This document shows, piece by piece, positions 1-9,500 of a stretch of DNA of 64,000 bases. Origin of the DNA: Alphaproteobacteria bacterium GM202ARS2 (GTDB lineage: Bacteria; Pseudomonadota; Alphaproteobacteria; GM7ARS4); the NCBI GenBank assembly GCA_014323835.1, contig JACONH010000001.1, positions 27,009 to 91,008 on the forward strand. The letters are read 5' to 3'. Every line of letters begins with the position of its first letter. Position 1 is the first letter of the stretch. The notes below the pieces were generated by a model. The model was not told where the DNA came from. It saw only the letters and a list, made by a program, of their open reading frames with translations, and did not search any database. The translations under genes and the position numbers were made by a program.

Positions 1-389
1 TTAACGTTTGCTCCTGCTTGAAGCAATAGCTCAATAATTATAGCATTTTTACACCACATTGCCGCCACGTGGAGAGGTAACAAGCCAACTTCACCTTGTG
101 CGTTAACATCTGCCCCTGCTCGAATCAATGCTTTAACCACCGCAATATTTTTATTGCGAGCAACCGCTCCATGCAAAGGTGACCAGCCGTTCTCATCCCG
201 TGCGTTTATAATCGCCCCCGCCTGAATCAACTCTTTTATTGTCGCAGGATTTTCACTGTAAATCGCTGCCAAATGAAGAGGTGAATTTCCATCCTCATCT
301 CGTGCGTTCACGTCCGCTCCTTTAGTAATCTGCTCTTGTATATCCTCAGATGTTGCCCGTCTATAGAATCTTTTATTTAACAGTTCCAT
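1..389 (-). CDS. Ankyrin-repeat protein, partial. N-terminus and ATG at 389 are inside the window; the C-terminus runs off the window start.
   Basis: The reverse translation gives MELLNKRFYRRATSEDIQEQITKGADVNARDEDGNSPLHLAA followed by 33-aa ANK repeats (GxSPLHxA...GADVNA). An AGGAG ribosome-binding site sits 8 nt upstream. No stop codon occurs before position 1. Confidence 0.8.
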   Translation of the reverse strand, partial: MELLNKRFYRRATSEDIQEQITKGADVNARDEDGNSPLHLAAIYSENPATIKELIQAGAIINARDENGWSPLHGAVARNKNIAVVKALIRAGADVNAQGEVGLLPLHVAAMWCKNAIIIELLLQAGANV

Positions 390-519
390 TGGTGCGTTCT
401 CCTATTTTCAAAATCCACCCTCACCCTCGATATAGGTCATCAAAAAACCAAAACAAGACCATGAAAGCAAAAAATTATGGATTACCACACGTCATTTGTT
501 TAGGCATGGGTGCCTCAAT

Positions 520-535
520 TGTTTCACGTGAAACA
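520..535. promoter_or_regulatory. parS: Perfect consensus parS palindrome TGTTTCACGTGAAACA. It lies within AATTGTTTCACGTGAAACAATTCCTATTCGAGCA, about 130 bp upstream of the ankyrin gene.
   Basis: The 16-mer was read directly from the sequence. It is identical to the canonical ParB/Spo0J-binding parS consensus. Confidence 0.7.
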
Positions 536-564
536 ATTCCTATTCGAGCATAACCCAAAGCGTG

Positions 565-885
565 CTATCTCCCCCACACGCTCCACCAGAGGGCTACCCC
601 GCCGACAATGCCCCCCACGATACTGAGCTCTATCCCCGTCACCAGCATAACCCCCAAACAAAACGCCGGCAGCTGCTCCATGATTTTACGCCCCGACCAA
701 CCCCCCAAGCCCGCCACCATGCCATACGCAACCGATAAAAACCCCGCCACCATCGACACCGTCAACACATTGACAATCGACAACGCCACAGACGACCGCA
801 CCACCACAAAAACAACCCCCAAGACAACCGCAACCATCATGCCATAAAAAGCCCCAAAAAACGCGTTCTTTAATCCCTCAGACAT
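565..885 (-). CDS. Small hydrophobic membrane protein of 3-4 predicted TM helices. Function unknown.
   Basis: The minus-strand ORF translates to MSEGLKNAFFGAFYGMMVAVVLGVVFVVV..., which is Gly/Val/Ala-rich. The first ATG is at 885. The ORF track's start at 897 is a TTG. The gene is flanked by near-identical ~38-bp parS-containing direct repeats. Confidence 0.5.
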   Translation of the reverse strand: MSEGLKNAFFGAFYGMMVAVVLGVVFVVVRSSVALSIVNVLTVSMVAGFLSVAYGMVAGLGGWSGRKIMEQLPAFCLGVMLVTGIELSIVGGIVGGVALWWSVWGR

Positions 886-907
886 AACACCATCCAAAAA
901 AAAACAA

Positions 908-923
908 TTGTTTCTCGTGAAAC
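908..923. promoter_or_regulatory. parS: parS-like palindrome TGTTTCTCGTGAAACA with one mismatch. On the minus strand the hairpin AATTGTTTCACGAGAAACAATT is followed by a U9 run, so it may also be the intrinsic terminator of hisI.
   Basis: Read from the sequence. An A-run at 896-903 on the plus strand immediately precedes the palindrome, giving stem-loop plus U-tract on the hisI transcript strand. Confidence 0.55.
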
Positions 924-945
924 AATTCCTATTCGAGCAAACCCC

Positions 946-1347
946 TCACTTCTTACCATACAGCGTATCTGGTGCCACTTCGACCTCGTGCGTGATAACC
1001 AGCTTCCCCTCCCGCCACTCTCGATAAAAGCACGTCCGTCTGCCGGTATGACAGGCAACCCCTTTTTGCTCGACCCGCACCAGCAACGTATCGCCATCAC
1101 AATCGATAGCCATGCTCTTAAGGGTCTGCGTCTGTCCCGATGTCTCGCCCTTACGCCACAACGTCCCCCGCGAGCGCGACCAATAATGCACATCGCCACT
1201 CTGTAACGTCCGCCTAACCGCTTCCTCATTCATCCACGCCATCATCAGCACGTCCCCCCGCTTATCATCCACCGCCACCACCGCCACAAGCCCGTCGCCA
1301 TTAAAACGCACCTCCCGCACAAACACGTCTATATCCGCACCCGCCAT
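946..1347 (-). CDS. hisI: Phosphoribosyl-AMP cyclohydrolase
   Basis: The 133-aa product carries the PRA-CH family signature ...DVHYWSRSRGTLWRKGETSGQTQ...CDGDTLL... Confidence 0.85.
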   Translation of the reverse strand: MAGADIDVFVREVRFNGDGLVAVVAVDDKRGDVLMMAWMNEEAVRRTLQSGDVHYWSRSRGTLWRKGETSGQTQTLKSMAIDCDGDTLLVRVEQKGVACHTGRRTCFYREWREGKLVITHEVEVAPDTLYGKK

Positions 1348-1351
1348 AATC

Positions 1352-2434
1352 TCACCCCTTCTTATTCAACTGATAGCGCGCCCGATGCAACAACAGATGA
1401 TCACACAGCACAAGTGCCATCATCGCCTCCATCACCGGCACCGAGCGAATCCCCACACAAGGATCATGCCGTCCCGTCGTGGACACGCTCGTGTTCTCGC
1501 CCTGTTTCGTAATCGTTGGCGTCGGCGTGCGGATAGAACTCGTCGGCTTAATCGCACAGCGCATCGTTATCGGCTGACCGCTACTAATCCCCCCCAAAAT
1601 CCCCCCGGCATTATTAGACGTAAACGATACCTTCCCCTTATCGCTCCGCATCCCATCGTTATGCTCTTCGCCCTGCATCGCAACCGCACGGAACCCCGCC
1701 CCCACTTCGACTCCCTTCACCGCTGGAATACTCATCATCGCCGCCGCTAAATCCGCATCCAAACGATGATAAATCGGCTCGCCCAAACCCACAGGCACGT
1801 TATCCGCCTCCACATAAGCAAGCGCGCCCGTAGACGACCCCGCCCGCCGCAACGCATCCACCGCCTCCTCCCAACGTGGCACGCTCGCTACATCCGGACA
1901 ATGAAACGGGTTTTTGGTAACCTCATCCCAATCCCATTTGTTCTCATCGATAGCATGCCCGCCCAACTGCACCAATGCCCCCCGCACGGTTATCGGCAGA
2001 ATAATCTGGCGCGCCAAAGCCCCCGCAGCCACCCGCACTGCCGTCTCCCGAGCCGATGCCCGCCCACCGCCGCGATGATCCCGCAAGCCATACTTTGCCT
2101 GATACGTGTAATCGGCATGACCGGGACGAAAACGCTCGGTCAAGTTGCTGTAATCCTTCGACCGCACGTCCACGTTATCAATCACCAGAGACACCGGCGC
2201 GCCGGTGGTCATGCCATCAAAAACACCCGACACAATCCGCACCGCATCAGGCTCACGGCGCTGAGACGTAAACCGAGACCGCCCCGGCTTGCGTTGGTCA
2301 AGGTCACGCTGAAGCAAAGCCTCATCGACAGCAATGCCAGCAGGCACACCATCAATGACACAGCCAATGGCTTGCCCATGACTCTCGCCCCAACTCGTGA
2401 TACGAAAAAACGTCCCGAAAGTGTTCGCTGGCAT
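1352..2434 (-). CDS. aroC: Chorismate synthase
   Basis: The 360-aa product begins [29 protein letters not shown], a typical AroC N-terminus. Confidence 0.92.
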   Translation of the reverse strand: MPANTFGTFFRITSWGESHGQAIGCVIDGVPAGIAVDEALLQRDLDQRKPGRSRFTSQRREPDAVRIVSGVFDGMTTGAPVSLVIDNVDVRSKDYSNLTERFRPGHADYTYQAKYGLRDHRGGGRASARETAVRVAAGALARQIILPITVRGALVQLGGHAIDENKWDWDEVTKNPFHCPDVASVPRWEEAVDALRRAGSSTGALAYVEADNVPVGLGEPIYHRLDADLAAAMMSIPAVKGVEVGAGFRAVAMQGEEHNDGMRSDKGKVSFTSNNAGGILGGISSGQPITMRCAIKPTSSIRTPTPTITKQGENTSVSTTGRHDPCVGIRSVPVMEAMMALVLCDHLLLHRARYQLNKKG

Positions 2435-2451
2435 CGCTAGAGTTAAACAGG

Positions 2452-3264
2452 CTAAACGAGGGCAATATCCGGGGCATCAACGGCTTTCATGCCGACAACA
2501 TGATAGCCGCAATCGATGTGGTGGACTTCGCCGGTAACGCCCTTCGACAAATCACTCAGCAGATAATAACCACCCCCCGCGACATCATCGAGGGACACGT
2601 TGCGTTTCAGCGGTGCGTTGTGCTGGTTCCACTTGAGAATCAGATTCAGCCCACCAATGCCCGATGCCGCAAGCGTCTTCAAAGGCCCCGCCGACAAAGC
2701 ATTCACCCGTATGTTTTTGCCCCCCAAGTCCACCGCCAGATAGCGCACGCTCATTTCCAGAGCAGCCTTAGCAACACCCATGACGTTATAATGCGGGATG
2801 ACTTTCTCAGCCCCGTAATAGCTCAACGTCAACAACGACCCGCCTTCAGCCATCAACGGCACACAGCGGCGCGCCACCGCCGTAAACGAGTAGCAGGAAA
2901 TCAGCAAACTACGGGTGAAGTTCTCTTGCGTTGTGTCGATATAGGGCCCCCGCAGCTGGTCTTTATCCGACCAAGCCAACGAGTGCAACGCAAAATCCAG
3001 CTGCCCCCATTGCTTTTTGAGCTGGGTAAACAGCCCGTCCATCTGTGCCTCGTCTTCGACATCGCAGGGCAGAACAAGAGACGACCCGAGCTCTTGTGCG
3101 AGGGGCGCAACGCGCTTTTCTAGAGGCTCGCCCTGATACGTAAAAGCAAGCTCCGCACCCGCATGACGCAGCTTCTCGGCAATCGCCCACGCAATAGAAC
3201 GCTTGTTAACCACCCCCATGATAAGACCCTTCTTGCCCTCCATAGATAACGGATAACCAACCAT
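2452..3264 (-). CDS. fabI: Enoyl-[acyl-carrier-protein] reductase (NADH)
   Basis: [22 protein letters not shown] aligns to E. coli FabI [21 protein letters not shown]. The [24 protein letters not shown] motif is present. The start is chosen at the Met with a GGGAG ribosome-binding site. Alternative in-frame Mets lie at 3243 and 3303. Confidence 0.88.
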   Translation of the reverse strand: MVGYPLSMEGKKGLIMGVVNKRSIAWAIAEKLRHAGAELAFTYQGEPLEKRVAPLAQELGSSLVLPCDVEDEAQMDGLFTQLKKQWGQLDFALHSLAWSDKDQLRGPYIDTTQENFTRSLLISCYSFTAVARRCVPLMAEGGSLLTLSYYGAEKVIPHYNVMGVAKAALEMSVRYLAVDLGGKNIRVNALSAGPLKTLAASGIGGLNLILKWNQHNAPLKRNVSLDDVAGGGYYLLSDLSKGVTGEVHHIDCGYHVVGMKAVDAPDIALV

Positions 3265-3360
3265 AGAACCGTTGAACTCCCGATAAAAAATAAAATAGAA
3301 CAAGCCCCATACAAAGCAATTACGAAGGCTTTGTCAAATTATGCGTCAATGACACGCTAC

Positions 3361-3549
3361 AATGTTTCGCGCGAAACATTTTGAGGAATTGTTTCCCGTG
3401 AAACATTATTTTTTTTGCTGAAATTGTTTCCCGTGAAACATTATTTTTTTTGCTGAAATTGTTTCTCGTGAAACATTATTTTTTTTTGCTGAAATTGTTT
3501 CCCGTGAAACATTATTTTTTTTTGCTGAAATTGTTTCTCGTGAAACAAT
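3361..3549. repeat. parS: Tandem array of parS-like palindromes. One degenerate copy TGTTTCGCGCGAAACA lies at ~3363. Five copies follow at cores ~3390, 3425, 3460, 3496 and 3532, phased every 35-36 bp, each followed by ATTATTTTTTTTTGCTGAA.
   Basis: The units AATTGTTTC(C/T)CGTGAAACATTATTTTTTTTTGCTGA were read directly. Each core has one mismatch to the consensus TGTTTCACGTGAAACA. The array lies 100-285 bp upstream of the fabI start. Confidence 0.75.
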
Positions 3550-3561
3550 TCCTATTTTTAC

Positions 3562-4158
3562 TTATAAGCGTCCTCGCACGCTGACTTCGTACCAAATAGG
3601 GCTGTGGCGGTGGCGACAAGCCGACACAAGGCGTTTTTTGCCCCCGTGACGTTTTTTGAATCGGATGATCTCGCGGAATTGGCGACAGCGATAGCCGTGT
3701 TTCACCCGTAGACGTTTGATGGGGATGATGACGCCATAGTAACCGCTGTGGCGGTTGTGCCACCGCACGTGGTGGTGCAGCGATGCCGATAAGGCTTGGT
3801 GGCGAGCGGTGGTGATAAACGAGTGGTCTTGTGGGCTGAGGGTGTTGGCTTCGGCACCGAGCCACGCACCCGCGGTTGCTCCCGCTACTATGGCGGCGGT
3901 ATTGCCTGAACCGCTGCCGATGGTGCTTCCCAGCAACGCCCCGAAGGTCGCCCCGGTCAACGCGCCAAAAAAACGACCGCTATCGAAGTAGATACGTTGA
4001 TCTTCCCGAGTCGCCAGTTCTGTTTGCGTCAAGTCTGCCCCGAGATACAGTTGTCCCTCATCGATGGTGTAAGGCACGGGCGCGGGCGCGGCTTGATAAT
4101 AGACGCACCCGCTCATAACGGCAATGACGCACGCCAAAAGAGTCACACGTAAACCCAT
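3562..4158 (-). CDS. Outer-membrane lipoprotein with a glycine zipper (17-kDa surface antigen / SlyB-like family)
   Basis: Lipoprotein signal MGLRVTLLACVIAVMSGC with lipobox. Glycine-zipper GALTGATFGALLGSTIGSGSGNTAAIVAGATAGAWLG. Basic C-terminal tail. The start is chosen from the ORF track frame; longer N-terminal Mets at 4188-4203 are possible. Confidence 0.65.
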   Translation of the reverse strand: MGLRVTLLACVIAVMSGCVYYQAAPAPVPYTIDEGQLYLGADLTQTELATREDQRIYFDSGRFFGALTGATFGALLGSTIGSGSGNTAAIVAGATAGAWLGAEANTLSPQDHSFITTARHQALSASLHHHVRWHNRHSGYYGVIIPIKRLRVKHGYRCRQFREIIRFKKRHGGKKRLVSACRHRHSPIWYEVSVRGRL

Positions 4159-4244
4159 ATTTCCCACCACATTTCTATGAACAATCATCATCCCGCACGA
4201 CACTCAAAGAGACACATGTTAACCCTTACTATATAGAAGCGATT

Positions 4245-6056
4245 ATGCCCATTTCTAGTAATATGAGCACAGTGTTGCTGGCTCTGCGCATATCCCATAA
4301 AGAGAGGGATGTGCGTTTTCAACAAACCCAACTGGTGCGCAACACGGGCAATACGTCTGCTTCAGCGCATGTGTCTCGGGGTAACTGGCAGACAGTGCCC
4401 GAGAGTCGCAAGACCTTGCATGATCACTTTATGGCGCATGTGACCCATCAAGCCACCCATGCGATAGAACACAATAACGGGCATATACCGAGGAAAGTTG
4501 TTAAACGCTATCGCACGTTGCTCCGTGATATCGAGGCGGTCAATCATCCCCGTTTACGCAACAAGCCCCTGAAAGGGCGCGCCATACGTAAGCTGGCGAC
4601 TCGCTTGGTGGATGTGACCTCACAGGTGACATACTTTAACGGTAAAGGCAGGGATGCAGCAGGCGCGACAGGTGCGGGCTTGGATCGTGGCTCTGTTTTG
4701 TATGATGCGGTTGTCCACGATAGCAAGGGGCAGCTGACTCCTGTGCGCACGCCTTTGTTGCATCGGGCTTTCAAGCGTATTGCCTTGCGGTTTCAGTCGG
4801 GACGAGAGCATTATGCTAGGCGTGCCGCCGCGCAGTTTGCTCGTTCTCTTATCAACAGATACGGGCAGAGTGCCGCCTTGAGTGCCTTCGAGAAACAGGG
4901 GCTTGCCATACAGACGTATCTTGCTGAACTGGGCACCCGCAACCCATCGGTGCGTCTCTTATCAACGGACGATGTCCAAGCCATCGAGTCGCATATTGCC
5001 AAACCCTATCAAGACTCGAAGCGTTTGAGTCAACAAACCGACCAGCTGGCAAAAGAGTATGCTCTGGACGGAGACAAAGGCAAAATGATCTTTTCGCAGC
5101 TGGCATCAGTGGAGCAAGGAGCCTTATACAATCGTAATCGTAGGCAGTTGTTTTCTATTCGTTTTCGCACGATGCTCGAGGTTGCCATCGGCGACAAGGC
5201 TGAGCCCATCAGCAAACAAGAGGTAGAAAAAATCGCCCTCGAGACATGGCAGGCTCTTGCGGCAACGACCGATGAGGATGCCGCACGCCTCGCCAAAAAT
5301 GACGAAGACAGAAACAATGCTCTGTGGCAGCATCAGCAACTGCTCGCCTATGGACAAATTAACGAAAGCTTAGCCCACTTGGCTACGTTCAATACCTTGG
5401 TTAGCCAGCTGCTGAAAGAAGACCCGATTGTTGGCATAAAAAACGTAAGAAACGTGAGTGCATCACACGTATCTGTTCTTGCTGATGTTGCCCGCCGTCC
5501 TCTCAGGAGTCTCGATGCGACACAAGCAGAAAAGACTGCTCTCGAGCTGGCGGGCAACGCCATGAAAGGGTGGGGGATTGCTGTTGGTATTCTTTATGCC
5601 GATGCGGGCAATGCGCTTGTCCCGCACTCGAGTCGTCCTTCTTCTCTGTTTTTTCCCTATCCCGCCGAGCACAGCTACGATGACCTTCATAACGAGCATG
5701 ATAAACAGCAGTTCTTGCAGGCACAGGATGACTACTGGGAGCCAAAAAGTAGACTCGTCATGCAAAACGAGTTGTCCTTTTATCGTCTGACCGATGATAT
5801 GCGTGTCGCGGGCTCGGATACGGCGCGGCGCAACGGCGAAAGCATGAACACCGCCTTCAGAAACGCTATGGAAGCAGGAAGACGCCTACGAGAAAACATC
5901 GCAGGTGACATACAACAGAGTGACTCGCCCCATAATGCTATCACGGAACTTGCCCGCCAAGCCTCACACTACAGTGGCTTGTCAGCGACACAACAACGGG
6001 AAATCATGGATACCATCGCACGGGGCGTCGATGCTGCCGATGAAAAGACGTCTTGA
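4245..6056 (+). CDS. Large hypothetical protein of 603 aa with no recognisable domain. Orphan or possible secreted effector.
   Basis: Long uninterrupted ORF with coding-like composition. No signal peptide or TM helix. No motif I can assign from memory. Confidence 0.55.
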   Translation: MPISSNMSTVLLALRISHKERDVRFQQTQLVRNTGNTSASAHVSRGNWQTVPESRKTLHDHFMAHVTHQATHAIEHNNGHIPRKVVKRYRTLLRDIEAVNHPRLRNKPLKGRAIRKLATRLVDVTSQVTYFNGKGRDAAGATGAGLDRGSVLYDAVVHDSKGQLTPVRTPLLHRAFKRIALRFQSGREHYARRAAAQFARSLINRYGQSAALSAFEKQGLAIQTYLAELGTRNPSVRLLSTDDVQAIESHIAKPYQDSKRLSQQTDQLAKEYALDGDKGKMIFSQLASVEQGALYNRNRRQLFSIRFRTMLEVAIGDKAEPISKQEVEKIALETWQALAATTDEDAARLAKNDEDRNNALWQHQQLLAYGQINESLAHLATFNTLVSQLLKEDPIVGIKNVRNVSASHVSVLADVARRPLRSLDATQAEKTALELAGNAMKGWGIAVGILYADAGNALVPHSSRPSSLFFPYPAEHSYDDLHNEHDKQQFLQAQDDYWEPKSRLVMQNELSFYRLTDDMRVAGSDTARRNGESMNTAFRNAMEAGRRLRENIAGDIQQSDSPHNAITELARQASHYSGLSATQQREIMDTIARGVDAADEKTS

Positions 6057-6120
6057 CCGTGCGCGCTTTTTTGCGTTTATAGAAAGGAGGGGGCACATAA
6101 ACATAACGGAGCATGAACCG

Positions 6121-6285
6121 ATGAAAAAATATATCTGTAAAGTTTGCGGACATATCTATGACCCCGAAGAAGGCGACCCTGACGGGGGAATACCGCCGGG
6201 CACTGCCTTCGAGGATATCCCCGACGACTGGGAGTGTCCCGAATGTGGAGTCACGAAAGACGACTTCGAGCCCTTAGAGGAGTAA
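6121..6285 (+). CDS. rub: Rubredoxin
   Basis: [54 protein letters not shown]. Two CxxCG motifs. Matches the canonical 54-aa rubredoxin. GGAG sits upstream. Confidence 0.9.
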   Translation: MKKYICKVCGHIYDPEEGDPDGGIPPGTAFEDIPDDWECPECGVTKDDFEPLEE

Positions 6286-6420
6286 GGAGGAGTAAGGAGG
6301 AATAACCCCGCACAACAGCTTGTCAAAGAGTCCGAAACAGGCTACAGGTAGAGCGGGCAGGGACAAACAGGGAGACAACACGTTTATGCACGATGAGGCA
6401 TACATGAGGCACACAACTAT

Positions 6421-7296
6421 ATGAGCGGCACCCCCCAATTCACGATGCGGCAGCTGCTGGAAGCGGGCGTTCATTTTGGTCATCGCGTTCGGCGTTGGAA
6501 TCCGCGTATGGAGCCGTATATTTACGGCAAGCGGCAGAAGACCCATATTATTGATTTGCAGAAAACTGTTACGCTGTTGCGGGACGGCTTGGAGGCTCTT
6601 CGCCAAGCAGCTGCTCGAGGACAGCGTATACTCTTTGTCGGCACAAAGCGGCGCGCCTCTGCCGTTATTACCGCAGAAGCACAGCGGTGCCGCCAGTATT
6701 ACGTCAATTATCGCTGGTTGGGCGGCATGCTAACCAACTGGGGCACGGTGTCGGCATCGATTGACCGACTGCGTGCTCTCGAAAAAGCCTTAAAAGACGA
6801 CAACGACGGCCACACCAAAAAGGAACGCTTGCGTATCGAGCGAGAACACCAAAAACTCGAGCGCGCCATCGGCGGCATCAAAGATATGGGCAATCTGCCC
6901 GCTATTCTCTTCGTCATCGATACCGTCAAAGAAAACATTGCCGTGCAAGAAGCCTATAAACTCGGTATCCCCGTTGTGGCTGTCCTCGATTCCAACGCTG
7001 ACCCCACGTGCGTTACCTATCCTATCCCGGGCAACGATGATTCCCTCAAAGCCATTCGCTTGTATGCACGCCTCGCTGCCGATGCCGTCCTACAAGGCTT
7101 AGCAGAAACAGAAGCCCAACGCAGTAAAGACGAGTCGCGCTACAAAAAGAATGGCGCGGGCGATAGCACGCCCGCCGATAGCAAGAAAGCCGACAGCAAG
7201 AAGACTGATAGCAAGAAAGCGGATAGCAAGAAAACGGATAGCAAGAAAGCCGACAGCAAGTCTGCTGACGGCAAGAAGGCAAAGGGGGACTCATGA
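6421..7296 (+). CDS. rpsB: 30S ribosomal protein S2 with a ~45-aa Lys/Asp/Ser-rich C-terminal repeat extension
   Basis: [38 protein letters not shown]... is a canonical S2. The tail is [40 protein letters not shown]. Confidence 0.95.
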   Translation: MSGTPQFTMRQLLEAGVHFGHRVRRWNPRMEPYIYGKRQKTHIIDLQKTVTLLRDGLEALRQAAARGQRILFVGTKRRASAVITAEAQRCRQYYVNYRWLGGMLTNWGTVSASIDRLRALEKALKDDNDGHTKKERLRIEREHQKLERAIGGIKDMGNLPAILFVIDTVKENIAVQEAYKLGIPVVAVLDSNADPTCVTYPIPGNDDSLKAIRLYARLAADAVLQGLAETEAQRSKDESRYKKNGAGDSTPADSKKADSKKTDSKKADSKKTDSKKADSKSADGKKAKGDS

Positions 7297-8171
7297 CGTC
7301 TCCTTCGATAGAGCAGATTAAGGCTTTGCGGGACAAGACGGGTGCGGGCATGATGGATTGCAAGGCAGCCTTGCAGGAGAGCGGCGGCGATAGGGGCAAG
7401 GCCGAGGATTGGTTGCGTAAGAAGGGCATTGCTAAAGCATCGCAAAAGTCCGAGCGTGCCACCGGCGAGGGCATCATTGCTGTTGCCCTCGAGCCGTCTC
7501 AGGCGGGCGTCATGATTGAAATTAATACCGAGACCGATTTTGTTGCTCGTAATGAATTGTTGCAGGAATTTGCTCGTTCCTGTGCGTCTCTTGCTTTGCG
7601 TGAGCGATGCGGCGACAAGGAGGCTCTGTTGGCTTTGCCCTATGGCACGGGTGATAGCAAAAAGTCGGTGCAGGTGGCTTTGACCGATTTGATTGCATCG
7701 GTGGGTGAAAACTTGGTGTTACAGCGGGTCGTCTTGCTGGAGGCAGGCGAGGGGACGTTGGTGTCTTATGTCCATAATGCTTACCAAGACAATATTGGGC
7801 GTATTGGGGTGATGTTGACGTTACGGGGGGAGGGGCAGAGCAATGGTGATTTGGGTAAGCAGTTGGCGATGCACGTAGCAGCCATGGCACCGTTGGCTTT
7901 GTCGGCGGAAGCGGTGCCGAAGGCGTGGGAGCAACGAGAACGAGACATTATTCTGGCTCAGGAGGACTTAAAGGATAAGCCTGCTGACATTGCCGAAAAA
8001 ATGGCGGAGGGGCGTTTGCGTAAACGTTATCAGGAGGTGGTTCTTCTCGACCAGCTGTGGGTGTTGGACGGCAAGACCCGTATGCGTGATGTGCTGGCTC
8101 AGCATGGCGCGGAGATTGTGTCTTATGTGCGTTTTGCCCTCGGAGAGAGCACAGGCGACACTGATGGCTAA
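7293..8171 (+). CDS. tsf: Elongation factor Ts
   Basis: [25 protein letters not shown]...[20 protein letters not shown] is a canonical EF-Ts N-terminus. The gene overlaps the rpsB stop (ATGA). Confidence 0.95.
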   Translation: MTSPSIEQIKALRDKTGAGMMDCKAALQESGGDRGKAEDWLRKKGIAKASQKSERATGEGIIAVALEPSQAGVMIEINTETDFVARNELLQEFARSCASLALRERCGDKEALLALPYGTGDSKKSVQVALTDLIASVGENLVLQRVVLLEAGEGTLVSYVHNAYQDNIGRIGVMLTLRGEGQSNGDLGKQLAMHVAAMAPLALSAEAVPKAWEQRERDIILAQEDLKDKPADIAEKMAEGRLRKRYQEVVLLDQLWVLDGKTRMRDVLAQHGAEIVSYVRFALGESTGDTDG

Positions 8172-8925
8172 GCCTGTCGCAGAGTCGGCTCAAAAGAACG
8201 CCCCGTCTTTTCTGGGGCATCGCCGTATTTTGTTAAAGGTTTCTGGTGAGGTTCTCGGTGGCGGCGATGGACAGGGCTTCGACCCCGAGCAATTCGATAG
8301 GTTGGCGGGCACATTGGCGAGGGTGCAAAAACAAGGCATACAGCTGGCGGTGGTTGTCGGTGGCGGCAACATCTTTCGAGGACGGGAACGCAGCCGCTTG
8401 GGGCTACAGAGCCAGCAAATCAGCGATGATATTGGTATGCTGGCAACAGTGATGAATGGCTTGGTGTTATGGGAGATGCTTAAGGGCAAAGGGTGCCCGG
8501 CGTGTGTGATGTCCGCTCTGGAAATGCAGGGCTTGTGCGAGGTTTATCATCGCCGTCATGCCGATTCGTGCTTGCAGCAGGGCATGATTGTTATTCTGGT
8601 GGGGGGCAGTGGTCATGCTTTCTTTACTACAGATACGGCGGCGGCTTTGCGGACGTTGGAACTGGATTGCACCTTGCTCTTGAAGGGCACAAAAGTCGAT
8701 GGAGTCTATGACAAAGACCCGATGCTTCACAAGGATGCCAAACGCTACGAGCAGCTGAGTTATAATCAAATCATCGACAAGGAGTTGCATGTTATGGATG
8801 CAACGGCGATGACGTTGATGCGGGGACATAAAAAATCTGTTATGGTCTTTTCGATACAGGAGGAGCAGGCATTAGACAAAATCATGCAGGGGCGAGGCAG
8901 ATACACGTTAATTAAGGATAACTGA
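8164..8925 (+). CDS. pyrH: UMP kinase
   Basis: The Met at MAKPVAES.. gives RRILLKVSGEVLGG...VVVGGGNIFRG. The track ORF starts further upstream inside tsf. The chosen start overlaps tsf by 8 nt. Confidence 0.9.
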   Translation: MAKPVAESAQKNAPSFLGHRRILLKVSGEVLGGGDGQGFDPEQFDRLAGTLARVQKQGIQLAVVVGGGNIFRGRERSRLGLQSQQISDDIGMLATVMNGLVLWEMLKGKGCPACVMSALEMQGLCEVYHRRHADSCLQQGMIVILVGGSGHAFFTTDTAAALRTLELDCTLLLKGTKVDGVYDKDPMLHKDAKRYEQLSYNQIIDKELHVMDATAMTLMRGHKKSVMVFSIQEEQALDKIMQGRGRYTLIKDN

Positions 8926-8935
8926 GGAGAGAACG

Positions 8936-9490
8936 ATGATGGACTTTTCTGATGCTGAGAGTCGTATGAAAAAGACGCTGGAGGTGATGCACGGGGCTTT
9001 TGCGGGTATTCGAACCGGCAGGGCAACACCCAGCCTGTTGGAGCCGGTCAAGGTGGATGCTTACGAGCAAAAAATGCCCCTCAATCAGTTAGCGAGCATA
9101 TCGGTGGCAGAAGCCCGCACCCTGACGGTGCAAGTGTGGGACGCAGCGATGGTAGCGAGTGTCGAAAAGGCACTACGAGAGTCCGAGTTGGGCTTGAATC
9201 CGATGACGGACGGGCAGATGATACGCCTGACGTTGCCGGAGTTATCGCAGGAGAGGCGGGTTGAGCTCAGTCGTCTCGCGGCGAAATATGCCGAGCAAGC
9301 ACGGGTGTCGATACGCAATGTGCGGAGGGATGCTCTCGATAAGCTGAAAAAGCAGGAAAAGGACGGCGACATATCAAAAGACGATGCCCACCAAGGTTCC
9401 GAGCAGATGCAAAAGATGACGGATACGTATATTCAGCAAATCAACGAGTCTTTGACGCGCAAGGAACAAGACATTACGAATCCGCAGTAG
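8936..9490 (+). CDS. frr: Ribosome recycling factor
   Basis: The 184-aa product has the RRF family pattern: ...MKKTLEVMHGAFAGIRTGRATPSLLEPVKVDAYEQKMPLNQLASI... Confidence 0.93.
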   Translation: MMDFSDAESRMKKTLEVMHGAFAGIRTGRATPSLLEPVKVDAYEQKMPLNQLASISVAEARTLTVQVWDAAMVASVEKALRESELGLNPMTDGQMIRLTLPELSQERRVELSRLAAKYAEQARVSIRNVRRDALDKLKKQEKDGDISKDDAHQGSEQMQKMTDTYIQQINESLTRKEQDITNPQ

Positions 9491-9500
9491 GGGTGCGAAG

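Noticed and set aside
608-847. Plus-strand 79-aa Thr/Pro-rich ORF overlapping the membrane-protein gene
   Set aside because: Low-complexity translation of a C-rich strand. The minus-strand hydrophobic ORF is the more plausible coding frame.
1385-2440. Long plus-strand ORFs (121 and 224 aa) antisense to aroC, and similar antisense ORFs at 16451-17287, 18908-19558, 19560-20171, 23050-23967, 25091-25641, 34026-34580 and 44315-45001
   Set aside because: Their translations are Arg/Pro/His-rich low complexity, as expected of high-GC antisense frames. They fully overlap well-supported genes and have no ribosome-binding sites, so I treat them as spurious.
3387-3550. Stack of plus-strand intrinsic terminators (hairpin plus T-run in each unit)
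   Set aside because: All neighbouring genes are on the minus strand, where the T-run precedes the hairpin. The stems are AT-rich and weak. Only the isolated copy at 895-925 has the correct polarity (U9 after the hairpin on the hisI strand) and is reported as a possible terminator.
3361-3552. Possible CRISPR array, from regularly spaced ~35-45 bp repeats (also at 28017-28250)
   Set aside because: The conserved part is a 16-22 bp palindrome. The spacers are nearly identical T-tracts rather than unique sequences. No cas genes or leader were seen. The palindrome matches the parS consensus instead.
6283-6302. Duplicated GAGTAAGGAG after the rubredoxin stop as a functional element
   Set aside because: Only a 10-bp tandem duplication spanning the stop codon, most simply a small duplication creating a second Shine-Dalgarno-like sequence. 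There is no downstream ORF at suitable spacing.
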